Translations under genes and position numbers: made by a program
In this document: positions 30,678 through 44,500 of the stretch, in pieces
Layout of the letters: the number at the start of each line of letters is the position of its first letter
How positions within the stretch are numbered: the first letter of the stretch is position 1
Notes under the pieces: generated by a model
Told to the model about the DNA's origin: nothing
Database searches by the model: none
Seen by the model: only the letters and a program-made list of their open reading frames with translations
Assembly: GCA_000004695.1 (NCBI GenBank)
Contig: CM000153.2
Span: forward strand, 2,080,001-2,144,000
Length of the DNA stretch: 64,000 bases
DNA from: Dictyostelium discoideum
Taxonomy: Eukaryota
Direction of reading: 5' to 3'

Positions 30678-31280
30678 ATGACAAACCTAGATAATAATAA
30701 TTTAAATGAAGAAATTAAAAATAAATTAGAGAAACAACAAAATCAAAAAGAACAAAAATTAATTATAGTTATAATGGGAGTGAGTGGTAGTGGCAAAACT
30801 ACAATTGGTAATGCTATTGCATCATCATTAGGTTGTGGTTTTAATGATGCAGATGAATTTCATAGTGAAGAGAACAAAGAAAAGATGAGATCAGGTATAC
30901 CTTTAAATGATGATGATAGAAAACCATGGTTATCATCAATTAATAAAAGAATGATTGAATTTTTAAATAATGAAAATGATGGAGCTAATGATCATGTTTT
31001 TACATGTTCAGCTTTGAAATCAACATATAGAGATCAAATATCAAATAATATTAATAAAGATAATCTATTATTCATACTTTTACAAGGAAGTAAACAATTA
31101 TTATCTGAACGTTTACAAAATAGAAAAAACCACTTTTTCAATCCAAATTTATTAGATAGTCAATTATCAATATTAGAATTACCAACCCAATCAGAATTAT
31201 CAAATCATCATTATGCATTCATTGATATTTCAAATTCTGTTGATGAAATTGTTGAAGAAATTTTTAATTATTTAAAATAA
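30678..31280 (+). CDS. Gluconokinase of the GntK/thermoresistant gluconate kinase family. 200 aa, single exon.
   Basis: IIVIMGVSGSGKTTIGNAIASSLGCGFNDADEFHSEENKEKMRSGIPLNDDDRKPWLSSIN matches the family signature GVSGSGKST..G..F.D.D..H...N..KM..G.PL.D.DR.PWL, which combines a P-loop with a gluconate-binding segment. Confidence 0.75.
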   Translation: MTNLDNNNLNEEIKNKLEKQQNQKEQKLIIVIMGVSGSGKTTIGNAIASSLGCGFNDADEFHSEENKEKMRSGIPLNDDDRKPWLSSINKRMIEFLNNENDGANDHVFTCSALKSTYRDQISNNINKDNLLFILLQGSKQLLSERLQNRKNHFFNPNLLDSQLSILELPTQSELSNHHYAFIDISNSVDEIVEEIFNYLK

Positions 31281-31346
31281 ACTTGTATAAAAAAAAATAA
31301 AAATAAAAAAAAATAAAAATAAAAAATTAATTTTATTTATCTATTT

Positions 31347-31452
<106 letters not shown>

Positions 31453-31777
31453 TTAATTAAAATAAATTTGTTAAGGAAAAAAAATTAAAAAAAAAAAATG
31501 AAATTTAAAAAATCCAGGTTTAAATGTTGGAAAAAAAATGAAACAAGATAAAAGAAAATAAAATTATTAAATCATATAAATATTTTTTTACTTTATATAA
31601 ATATAAAACCAATTGTTAATTTATTACAATGTGTTGATTCTTTTCTTTTTTTTATTTTTAAAATTTAATTTTGTTTTTTTTTTTTTTGTTATAAATTTAC
31701 CAGGTGCAAAATTAATTTTTAAATACCTTTTTTTTTAAATTTTTTATTTTATTTTTAATTTTTTTCTTTTTTTATTT

Positions 31778-33587
<1,810 letters not shown>

Positions 33588-34370
33588 TTATTATATATAT
33601 TCTAATTTGAATATATTTTATATTTGTATCCTTGTTTGAAATTTTTTTTTTTTTTTTTTCTATATTTATTTGTATTTTAATTTAATTTTTATTTTTATTC
33701 TTATTTTAATTTTAATTTTTTTTTGTTGTGTTAATTTCAGATTGAGATTTCTTTTTTTTTTTTTTTATTTTTATTTTTATTTTTATTTTTTTATGTTGTT
33801 ATTATTTCAGAGTGTATGTGGTGAAATCTTTTTTAATATTTTTGTATTTATATATATTATTTAAAAAAAAGAAAATAATAAAAAAAAAAATAATTAAATA
33901 AAATTATTTTTACAGTGTGTTTCTTATTTTTACAACTAAATGTATGATTTTTAATAAAACACTTTTTTTTTATTTTTATTTTTTTTTTTTTTTTTTTTAA
34001 TTTTCTTCGGATAAAAAAAATCACTAGTGGTGGTTATGGTGTTTTTTTTTTTAATTTTTTTTTTTTTTTTTTTTTTTTTTTTCTCAGCAAAACAAATCGA
34101 CCAACGGCTCATTTTTTATTTTTATTTTTTTTGAATTTCCCATTTTGTTTTTTTTTTTTTCATAACCAAATTTGTAATCTATTTTTTAAACACCAAAATT
34201 TGGGGAATAAAGGCTAAAAAATTAAAATATCTATACCAAATTATTTATCTATTCTTTTAACATTTTCTAATTTTTTTTCCCAATTTTTTTTTTTCTTTTT
34301 TTTTTTTTCTTTTTATTTTTTTAAACCAATAATAGTCGCAATTACCAAAGCAGAAGCAATTAATTGTGAT

Positions 34371-34410
34371 TTCAAATTCAAATTCAAATTCAAATTCAAA
34401 TTCAAATTCA
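34371..34410. repeat. (CAAATT)n hexanucleotide microsatellite.
   Basis: ttcaaattcaaattcaaattcaaattcaaattcaaa. Confidence 0.85.
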
Positions 34411-34969
34411 AAAAAAAAAAAAAAAAATAGTCAATGAAAACTGAAGAATTCTTAGCCTTTTGATTTGTTTGAATTGAATTAGCAACAACTAACAATACGT
34501 TACACTCCTGTTCTTGCACTTGCTACAGATACATACAATAGTGAAAAATATTATTTAATCGATTAAATAATCAAATAATCAAATAATTCTTTGGGTGAAG
34601 ATGGGTTTTTAGGTATTGTTGATAGAGTTAAATTATGATGACTAATTAAATATAGTCCATTTAAATTTTAAATATTGGTCATAAAGATTATCCAGAGAAA
34701 ATAGTAGGATATTAGTAATAGTTTAGGTGATAGAGATTGTATTTGTGGTAATAGTACAAATAGTAGTTCAAGTGGATCAACAAATTTTAATTAAAAATCA
34801 CCTGTTAATAATATTGTTAGTAAATAAAATAAGAAAACATAGGTTTTTAATTTTGAGTATAGTGATGATAGAAATTTATCAATCAAAGAATATTTGAAAA
34901 AGAGGAGATAATAGATAAAAAAACAAAAAAAAAAAAAAATTATAATAAAAATAAAATATAACATTTTAA

Positions 34970-37560
34970 ATTATAAATTTTAAATTAGAAACAGAAATAT
35001 TTTTATTTATAATGAATAAAATTCTATTTAGGGGTTTTAACAAATCTAATCTTTTCTTCTTTGCTCTTTTTGGTTAATTTAATATAAAGAATACCATTAT
35101 TATGAACAAAATGAATATCTTTGGATGATGAAGTCTCAACAACAATGTGTGGAAATATATAAGACCACTCCATTAATTTGTTTTGGTTGAATTTAAAATC
35201 ATCATGGACAATAGTTTTTCCCTCATCATTATCATCATCCCCATTTGGACTAAATGATCTTGGTTTTGTACTAACGATTTTAATTTTCTTTGAATCACTA
35301 ATTTCTTCAATTGTCATTGCCAAATCATTCAAGTCGTATCCTGTACAATCCACATAGATATGGTAGTGGGTATTGTCTTCTTTAACTATTGAAGGCTGAG
35401 TGTTATTTACTTCATCAATAATTCCTACCATATTAAATCTAATGTTTGGACAATATGATAATGTTTCATTTTGAAGGGGTGGAGAAATTACAATGTTTTT
35501 TTTATCAACACTTCTACATAGTTTGAGATTTGGATGATCAATGTAGTATTTAATTAATTTATTTGATGATTCTATTACGTTGTTTACTAAGTCACCACTT
35601 TCTTTTTGAATAGCTGCAATTGATTGGACCCATTCTTTAAGTAATGAGAATGTTGGTACATTTGAAATTTGACCAGCTCTGGACTCTGGTGTTCCATCTA
35701 ATTTATTTTCATCTTGTGCAATTACAACATGTCTTGTACCATCGTCTTTATTGGTCCAGTAATGGCATTTACAACTTAGATTTTCACTTCTCACAGCATT
35801 AAATATAGTTTCAACCTCTTCAACAATAACAGTTTTCAATTTTTCAACAGTTCTTACATGAGAAAGATTATGGACAATAATAACGTTTGAAGCATTTTTT
35901 CCTGCAATTAAAGAATACTAATAAATAATTAATTAGTTTTTTTTTCAATTTAAATATATAATTTAAATATAAAATTATTAATTTATAAATTTACTTTTTG
36001 TTTAACTTGTTTAATGTATGATTGATCATCTCTTGTTAATCTATCAACAACAATTAATACAACATCTGATAAATGTAAAGCCAATTCTTGAAGGAATCTT
36101 TCAGTTGCTTCTGAATCTCTGATTGTGTAAGGTGGTTTAACTGGTTTCTGTGATCCTTGTGTATCTTTTTTTTAATAATTTCAAAAAATAAAAAAAAAAA
36201 TAATAATAAATTTCAATAAATAATAAATTAATTAAATGATAAAAAAATCATAAATACCCAATCCAATTAGAACATCAGACATTGTTGATCTTGAAGAAAC
36301 AACAGATAAACCTTCAGTATGTTGATAATAAGAACTATTCAAATTTAAACCAAATAATCTTGATAGAACATAGCTTTTACCTTTATTATATAGTCCAAGA
36401 GCACATACAATAGCCTTTCTCTTTCCTTGATTTAGATCATTTAATAGTTTTTTTTTTGTTTCACACATTTTTTCATTTGATGGAGCAGCAAAAGATTTGA
36501 TAGGAGCAAAAATTCCTCCTGGATTTTGGGATGTTTTTTCATAATAATCATAATATGGATAAGATATTGGCCATCCGGTTTTAATATCCAATAAATTTTC
36601 AATCTTTACCACCATATCATATAATTCTACTTTTTTATTCGGATCCCATTTAGAAGATATTGGTATGTCATATGGATCCATTGAAAAACCTATAATATTA
36701 TTTACTTTTAACGATCACAACAATTTAAAAGGAACTAATTATTTGAAGTAAATTAATTAATATTAAAATAAAAAAAATAAAAAAAATTTTAAAAACAACC
36801 AGATTAATATATAAATAATAATATGTATAAAAAAAAACAAATAAAAAAATAAATAATTTAATAATATATATATAAAAATGAAATTTTTTTTTTTAAAAAA
36901 AAACAATTTAAATATTTTTGATGTTCAAATAAATTTTATAAATAAATTTATTTTTTAAAAATAAAAAATTTAAATAATAATTAATTTTTAAATTTAATGA
37001 TAATAATAGAAAAAAAAAACAATCAATGATTTTCAAAATTTTATTATAAAATTGAAAGGTTGATAATAAAAATAAAAAAAAAAAGTGTGAATGCCTTAGT
37101 CAAGTTTTTTTTTTTTTTTTTGTGTGTTTGTGTTTTATGTGTGTGTGTGTTTAAGTTTTATGTGTGTGTGTGTTTGTTTATAAAAAATGTGGTTTGTGTG
37201 TTTGATTAGATGTTACTTTAATTTTTGAGATTTCCAAAAAAAAAAAAAATTTTGACTGTTTTTTTAATGAAAATCTCCATTAAAGATCAATGAAAGAATT
37301 TATTCAAAAATTGTATAAAATAATTTTTTATTGTTTTTATTGTTTTTTATTTATAGAAAGGGGTATGATTAATTTTTTAAAAAAATATTATTTGAAAAAA
37401 AAAAAATTTAATAATAGTGTAGTTTTTATTATTAAATCACTGAAAAAAAGATTCAATTAAAAATTAATGGGATAATCTAATTTTAGATAAATTAAATTTG
37501 TGATCAAAGATTACCAACATTACTTAAAAAAATGAGAAATAAATTTAATTCAAATTATAT
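34970..37560. repeat. Unit A of a roughly 3.1-kb direct tandem segmental duplication, comprising the GTPase gene and about 0.85 kb of its 5' flank.
   Basis: It aligns with 38085..40680 over exons, introns, the 3' end (..aaattagaaacagaaatatttt..ctatttaggggttttaacaaatctaatcttttcttctttgctctttttggttaatttaatataaagaataccattattatgaacaaaat) and upstream blocks (aaaattttgactgtt, aatgaaaatctcc, gggataatct, aaaaaaatgagaaa). Confidence 0.7.
35024..36681 (-). CDS. GBP/atlastin-like (dynamin-superfamily-like) P-loop GTPase fused to a novel C-terminal domain, tandem copy A. Exons on the minus strand: 36681..36258, 36164..35995 and 35917..35024. Predicted length 495 aa.
   Basis: G1 is KRKAIVCALGLYNKGKSYVLSRLFGLN (compare GBP1 AIVGLYRTGKSYLMNKLAG). 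A switch-I Thr lies in QHTEGLSVV. The exon 1 donor ttgg|GTATTT (phase 1) joins the acceptor AAAAAG| to give ...DVLIGLDTQGSQKP, which is the G3 DTxG motif. Next comes DSEATERFLQELALHLSDVVLIVVDRLTRDD (GBP-like, with an LTRD-type G4). Exon 3 (YSLIAGKNASNVIIVHNLSH...) encodes a roughly 300-aa domain unrelated to the GBP helical domain. Its C-terminus, DDFKFNQNKLMEWSYIFPHIVVETSSSKDIHFVHNNGILYIKLTKK, is faintly reminiscent of an alpha-crystallin domain. Confidence 0.6.
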
Positions 37561-37827
37561 TTATTTTATTTTATTTTTAATAATAATAAAAATTAATATA
37601 ATAAAATGATTATGATTTGAAACTTTGTATTATGTTTACCGTTACCATTGATCCTGTTAGTCCTTCTGGTATGGACATCATAGAACTTGTGATGCACATT
37701 ATTATTTAATCAATAATATTGATATTGTAGGGAGTTAACATCCCCTATTAATGGCTGGGTATAGTAGAATTGCCATGTTGATTTTGATGTTCATAATTAT
37801 GGCAAAGGTAGTAAAGAGATCAGTTTG

Positions 37828-37862
<35 letters not shown>

Positions 37863-38084
37863 AATAAACAAAATAAATAAAAAAACTAAGGTTATATTGG
37901 TTAATTTTTAAATAAGGATTTTGATATCTGTTTTTTAATTTTTTAATTTTTTTTTAAAGTATCTGGCCAAAAAAATTTATCCTTATGTCCAACTAGTTGC
38001 AAAAAACAACATTAAACTAATGGTTTAAATAGAATTTTTAAAAAAGAGAAGATAATAAATAAAAAACAAAAAAAGTATTATAAA

Positions 38085-40680
38085 AAAAAAATTTAAAATT
38101 AGAAACAGAAATATTTTTTTTATTGAAATAAAACTCTATTTAGGGGTTTTAACAAATCTAATCTTTTCTTCTTTGCTCTTTTTGGTTAATTTAATATAAA
38201 GAATACCATTATTATGAACAAAATCAATATCCTTGGACGATGAAGTCTCAACAACAATATGTGGAAATATATAAGACCACTCCATTAATTTGTTTTGGTT
38301 GAATTTAAAATCATCATGGACAATGGTTTTACCTTTATCATCTTCTTCCCCGTTTGGACTAAATGATCTTGGTTTTGCACTAACAATTTTAATTTGCTTA
38401 GAATCATTAGTTTCTTCAATTGTCATTGCCAAATCATTCAAGTCGTATCCTGTACAATCCACATAGATATGGTAGTGGGTATTATCTTCTTTAACTATTG
38501 AAGGTTGAGTGTTATTTACTTCATCAATAATTCCTACCATATTAAATCTAATGTTTGGATAATATGATAAAGTTTCATTTTGAAGGGGTGGAGAAATTAC
38601 AATGCTTTTTTTATCATCAGTTCTACATAGTTTGAGATTTGGATGATCAATGTAGTATTTAATTAATTTATTTGATGATTCTACAATGCTATTTACTAAG
38701 TCACCACTTTCTTTTTGAATAGCTGCAATTGATTGGATCCATTCTTTAAGTAATGAGAATGTTGGTGCATTTGAAATTTGACCAGCTCTGGACTCTGGTT
38801 TTCCATCTAATCTATTTTCATCTTGTGCAATTACAACATGTCTTGTACCATCGTCTTTATTGGTCCAGTAAGGGCATTTACAATTTGGATTTTCACTTCT
38901 TTTAGCATTAAACAAAGTCTCAACTTCTTCCAAGATAACAGCATCTAATTGTTCAACAGTTCTTACATGCGAAAGATTATGGACAATAATAACGTTTGAA
39001 ACAAGTTTTCCTGCAATTAAAGAATACTAATAAATAATTAATTAGTTTTTTTAAAACAATTAAATTATTTTAAAAAATTTTTAATTTATAAATTTACTTT
39101 TTGTTTAACTTGTTTAATGTATGATTGATCATCTCTTGTTAATCTATCAACAACAATTAATACAACATCTGATAAATGTAAAGCCAATTCTTGAAGGAAT
39201 CTTTCAGTTGCTTCTGAATCTCTGATTGTGTAAGGTGTTTTAACTGGTTTCTGTGATCCTTTAGTGTCTTTTTTTAAAAATAAAAATATTAATAACTTCA
39301 ATAAATAAAAAATAAATTAAATGATTAAATAATAAAAAAATCAAAAATACCCAATCCAATTAGAACATCAGACATTGTTGATCTTGAAGAAACAACAGAT
39401 AAACCTTCAGTATGTTGATAATAAGAACTCTTTAAATTTAAACCAAATAATCTTGATAGAACATAGCTTTTACCTTTATTATATAGTCCAAGAGCACATA
39501 CAATAGCCTTTCTCTTTCCTTCATTAAGATCACCTAATAGTTTTTGTTTTGTTTCATTCATTTTTTCATTTGACGGAGCAATCAAAGATTTGAATGGACC
39601 TAAAATTCCTCCTGGGTTTTGTGCTGTTTTTTCATAATGTTCTGAAAATGGATAGGATATTGGCCATCCGGTTTTAATATCCAATACATTATCAATTTTT
39701 AATACCAAATCATATAATTCTTCTTCTGTCTTTGGATCCCATTTAGTGGATTTTGGTATTTCACATGGATCCATTGATTTGAAAAATCTATAAAATTTTG
39801 TTATTTTTAACGAGTGGTCACAAATAAAGGAACAAATTATTTAGAGCAAATAAATGATTTGGGGCAAATGAATTATTTTTTGAAAAAAAAAAAAAAAAAA
39901 AAAAATAAAATATTAATAAAAATAAAAATATATATTAAAACAAGTAGATTTAAATATAAAATATAAATTTAAATGAAAAAAAAACAAATTTAACAATAAA
40001 TAATTTAATAATATATATAATGAAATTTTTTTTTTAAAAAAAAAAACAATTTAAATATTTTGGATGTTCACACAGAAATAAAAAAATTAATTTTTTAAAA
40101 ATTATTATTTTAAAAAATTAATTTTTTAAAAATAATTTAATTCTAAAAATAGAAAAAAACAATCAATGATTTTCAAATTTTCAAAATTTTATTATGCAAT
40201 TGTAATGTTGATCATAATTTTCTAAATAAAAAAAAAGTGTGTGAATTATTTTTATTTTTTTTTTTTTTTTTTTTTTTTTTATTTTTTTTTTTTATGTGTG
40301 TGTTTATTTATAAAATGTGGTTTGAGTGTTTTTGGTTAGAGGTTAATTTCAAAAAAAAAAAAAATTTTGACTGTTATTTTAATGAAAATCTCCTTTAAAG
40401 ATCAAAGAAATAATTTATTAAAAATAGTAAATATTAATTTTTTATTATTTTTGATTGTTTTATTTATTGAAGGGTATGATTAATTTTAAAAAAAATGATT
40501 ATTTGAAAAAAAAAAAAAAAAAATTAAATACTAGTGTTTTATTATTATTATTATTAAATCACTATAAAAAAGATTCAAAAAAAATTATTGGGATAATCTA
40601 TTTTAAGATAAATGGAGTTATATCAAATATTACCTGGTAATATTAACTTAAAAAAATGAGAAAATAAATTTTATTCAAAT
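38085..40680. repeat. Unit B of the roughly 3.1-kb direct tandem segmental duplication.
   Basis: The evidence is the same as for unit A. Both copies keep intact ORFs and splice sites. Confidence 0.7.
38136..39774 (-). CDS. GBP/atlastin-like P-loop GTPase with a novel C-terminal domain, tandem copy B and a paralog of 35024..36681. Exons on the minus strand: 39774..39351, 39267..39098 and 39026..38136. Predicted length 494 aa.
   Basis: Exon structure, splice sites (ttgg|GTATTT, AAAAAG|, aaa|GTAAAT, AATTAG|) and protein sequence match copy A at about 85-90% identity. G3 is DTKG here versus DTQG in copy A. There is a one-codon deletion in the acidic linker, GEEDDKGK versus GDDDNDEGK. The 5' flank is also conserved. 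Confidence 0.6.
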
Positions 40681-40825
40681 CATATTTATTTTATTTTATT
40701 AAATTTTTATTATTATTATTATTATCATTAATTTTATTTTTATTTTTATTTTTATTTTTATTTTTATTTTTATTATTATTTATTTTTTATTATTATTATT
40801 ATTATTATTTTTATTAGTATTATTA

Positions 40826-41437
40826 TTAACAGAAAATTTCATTATAAAAGTCTCTGTATAATTGAATACCAAGATTGATATCATCAACATTTGAATTTTC
40901 TTTTTCCAAAACATTTAATAATTTGATACCATGACCATTTTCAGAATCTACTGAATCAGCTTCATTATGAATATCAATGTATGTGGTATCTTTAACACCA
41001 ATTTTTGATAATTCATTTTCAAGATCTTTTAAAAATCCAGCTGCTAATTCATTTACAATTAAAAATGATAAAATTACCATTGGTCTATTAATATGATTGT
41101 AGACTTTTTTTGCTATTCTATAACCTTCTGAATAATGATGTAATTTGTATTCCCCCAATTGAGAAAAATAATCCAAACATAAAATTGAATGATTACCTTC
41201 ACCACTAAGACCAAACATTTCATCCTTACAATTTTCTTCAGTTAATTGACCACCAATTTTTTTGATTAACAATGAATTTACCCACATTGTAAAATGAGGT
41301 TGGATTGCTTGAGCATATATTTGAAGATTATCAATTGTATATTTGTAATTTTTTCTATCTTCTTCAATTACTCTTTCCATTTCCCTGTATACTTCATCTC
41401 TTTTATTATTTTTTACATACATTATATTTTCAACCAT
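40826..41437 (-). CDS. Hypothetical protein, 203 aa, single exon. It may have a heme-oxygenase-like or TenA-like helical fold.
   Basis: The ORF-track start is a TTG. The first ATG gives MVENIMYVKNNKRDEVYREMERVIEEDRKNYKYTIDNLQIYAQAIQPHFTMWVNSLL...LCLDYFSQLGEYKLHHYSEGYRIAKKV...DIHNEADSVDSENGHG. It is non-repetitive with compositionally normal coding. The fold suggestion is speculative. Confidence 0.4.
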   Translation of the reverse strand: MVENIMYVKNNKRDEVYREMERVIEEDRKNYKYTIDNLQIYAQAIQPHFTMWVNSLLIKKIGGQLTEENCKDEMFGLSGEGNHSILCLDYFSQLGEYKLHHYSEGYRIAKKVYNHINRPMVILSFLIVNELAAGFLKDLENELSKIGVKDTTYIDIHNEADSVDSENGHGIKLLNVLEKENSNVDDINLGIQLYRDFYNEIFC

Positions 41438-42156
41438 TTTAATAATAAAAATTATATTGATATACAGAAAATGAAAAAAAAAAAAGAAAATAGAAAAAAA
41501 AGAAAACAAAAAGTATTTATTGTTTTTTAAAAAAAAAAAATAAATAATAATATTTATTAAAAAAAAAAAAACTTATTTTAAATATATAAATATGTTTTTT
41601 TTTAAAAAAAAAACAATTCCATAATAATATAAAACAGTAATATAAAAAAAAATTATTAAAAAAGGATTTTTTATTTATCTTTTTTAGTGAATCTTGTTTT
41701 TAAAAGATTGGGAGATTTGAAAAAAAAAAAAAGTGTTATTCTAAAAATGGAAAAGATGAATTTTTTTAATATTAAATTTTTTAAAATTACCCCTTCTTTT
41801 TAAAAAAACATTAAATAAATATTGAAAGCATGTCCAATTGTGACAATAAAGAAAAAAATCTATATATGAACTACTGGAAAATGATAACATATATTTTTTA
41901 AAATAAATAGTAAACGTCTTTTTTAATGAATAGATATTTATATCCCATATAATTTTATTTTCAAATATAAGATTTAAAATCTTTTTTTTAAAATTTTATC
42001 TATTGTTATATTTACTATTATAATTATTTTAATATTATTATTAATATTTTTTTTGTTATTATAATTGTTATTTTTATTTTAATTTTTTTTTTAATTTTTA
42101 TTTAATTTTTTATTTTTATATTTATTTTATTAAAAAATTTTTAGATCATAAATATT

Positions 42157-42193
<37 letters not shown>

Positions 42194-43219
42194 AAAAAAT
42201 GAAAATGAAAATGATTTTTTAAAACCAATAAATAAAAATGAATTTCAATAACTTGTTTTATAATAAAACCATGGTGAATAATATATTGATTTTGATTTTA
42301 AAGTTTTAATTGTTTATGAAACAAAAAATTAAATTTTTTTTTTATTTTTTTTTTTATTATTATTATTAATTAAAAATGAAAGGAATATAACTTTATTGAT
42401 ATTGATTTTGCAAACCATAAAAAAATGGCCAAAAAAAAAAGTTTAAGATAATTAAAAAATTTTAAAAAAAAAAAAATAAAAAAAAATCTATTTTGGGTGC
42501 TGGATTTTTTGAAAATGATGCTTGGATGCAGGGATTTTTTGAAATGATGTTTGGATGATTGGTACTCAATATTTGAATGGTTTACATGGTAAAATAATAA
42601 TAATAGCTATTAACAACTTAGATCTTTTGATCTTTTTTTTTTTTTTTTTTTTTTGTTTTTTGTTTTTTTTTTTTTTTTTTTGGGGGGTTTTTTTTTTTGA
42701 AAAAAAAAAAAAATATAAAAATATAAAAATAAATTAAATGATTGTTGGGGACCACTTCACCCACACAAACGCTGTGTGAAAATTAATTAATTCATTCTTT
42801 AATTTTTTTTTTTTATTTTTTTTAAAAAAAAAAAAAAAAATTAAAAAAAAACAAAAACAAAATAATCTCCCTCGAGATTATTGAATTCATCTTCTAAAAA
42901 TATTAATATTGTGTTTGTTTGATCGGTTTACAATTCTTTTTTTACCCTCATTATAATCCAGTTATAAATTCTTTATTTTATGAAACCAAAATAAAAAAAA
43001 TAAAAACAAAATAAAATAAAAAATAGTTATTAAAAAAAAAAAAAAAAAAAAAATTCTAATCAAAAATAAAAATAATAAATAAAAACTAAAAAGAAACCAA
43101 AAAAAAAAAAAAAAAATTAACATTTTTAATAAAAAATAAATAAAAAAAGTATATTTATAATTTTTAAATAAAATTTTTAATATAAATATTGTAAAATAAA
43201 AATAAAAAATAATAATAAA

Positions 43220-44500
43220 ATGTATATATTGAATAATATTATTAATAATAATGAAAATAATTTAGATTATATTGAAAATTTATTTTTTAAAGTTTTTAGA
43301 AATAAATATTTAAGATATAATATATCAAGACAATTAAAATTATATCAAAAGATTAATAAATTCTCATCGAATGAGATTAATTCTTTCAATATTGATACTT
43401 TGAATAATTTTCCATATAGAGAATATTTATTAGATTTACATATTGGAGTATTTGGATTATCAGTTGATCCAATAGAGGGAACGATCTTATTAAACAAATC
43501 ACAAGCAAGTCATAAATGCGATTATCCAATCCCAGAGAATTGTATTCCATCATCAGTTATTAGAATAACAATTAATATTGATAGAGCAATTTCAAAGAAT
43601 GTATTACCATCTAATATAGTTTCATTAAATTTTGGTTATTGTTTCAATCAAATTATTGAACCTTTCACTCTACCAAATACAATTGAAACCATTAACTTTG
43701 GATATATGTTTAATCAAGAAATTAATAAAGATTGTCTCCCAAAAAATTTAAAAACTTTATACTTGGGTTACTCATTCGATAAAACAATTGGAAAGGCTGT
43801 TTTACCAAACTCATTAACCTCTTTGAAATTTTCAAATAATTTCAATCAACCCATTGAAAGTGGTACTCTACCATTAGGTTTGACTGAACTTATTTTTGGT
43901 AATAAATGGAATCAAAGATTTAAAAAAAATTCAATTATAATACCACCAAATGTAAAAATTTTAAAACTAGGTTACAAATTTGATCAAATTATAAAACCAG
44001 GTACTATTCCAGCATCAGTTACTGATCTTTGTATTCAAGGTCAATTTAATAAACCATTTCTAATTGGTAGTATTCCAAATTCAGTAAAGAAATTAACTAT
44101 TGAAGGAAAATACAACCAATGTTTAAAAGCTGGAATCATTCCATCATCAGTTACAAACCTATGTTTTTCAAATAGTTTTAATCAACCACTTTATCCGGGT
44201 TGTATTCCAATGGGTATTACAACACTTTACATTGGTAATAGTTTTAATCAACCATTACATAAAAATAGTATTCCAGAATCAGTAACCTCATTAACATTAG
44301 GTAATTCTTTCAATCAACCAATTATTGATGTAATTCCACAATCTGTTAAAACTTTATCAATATCTTCACTTTATAATAATCATATAATATCTGATACTTC
44401 AAAAATTCCAAATTCAATTGAAACTTTAATTATAGCTGGTAAATTTAATATCACTTTACCAAATTTATTTTCAAATTCAAAATTAATTTTATTAAAATAG
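43220..44500 (+). CDS. FNIP-repeat protein, 426 aa.
   Basis: More than ten tandem copies of the roughly 22-aa Dictyostelium FNIP repeat are present, for example LNFGYCFNQIIEPFTLPNTIETINFGYMFNQEINKDCLPKNLKTLYLGYSFDKTIGKAVLPNSLTSLKFSNNFNQPIESGTLP. The pattern is FNQPI..G.LP.SLT.L.FG..FNQ. Confidence 0.75.
   Translation: MYILNNIINNNENNLDYIENLFFKVFRNKYLRYNISRQLKLYQKINKFSSNEINSFNIDTLNNFPYREYLLDLHIGVFGLSVDPIEGTILLNKSQASHKCDYPIPENCIPSSVIRITINIDRAISKNVLPSNIVSLNFGYCFNQIIEPFTLPNTIETINFGYMFNQEINKDCLPKNLKTLYLGYSFDKTIGKAVLPNSLTSLKFSNNFNQPIESGTLPLGLTELIFGNKWNQRFKKNSIIIPPNVKILKLGYKFDQIIKPGTIPASVTDLCIQGQFNKPFLIGSIPNSVKKLTIEGKYNQCLKAGIIPSSVTNLCFSNSFNQPLYPGCIPMGITTLYIGNSFNQPLHKNSIPESVTSLTLGNSFNQPIIDVIPQSVKTLSISSLYNNHIISDTSKIPNSIETLIIAGKFNITLPNLFSNSKLILLK

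Noticed and set aside
38933-38933. ORF-track start codons such as 38933, 41509, 63947 and 17.
   Set aside because: Those starts are TTG or GTG. Real Dictyostelium starts are ATG, so I relocated starts to the first in-frame ATG or to an upstream exon.
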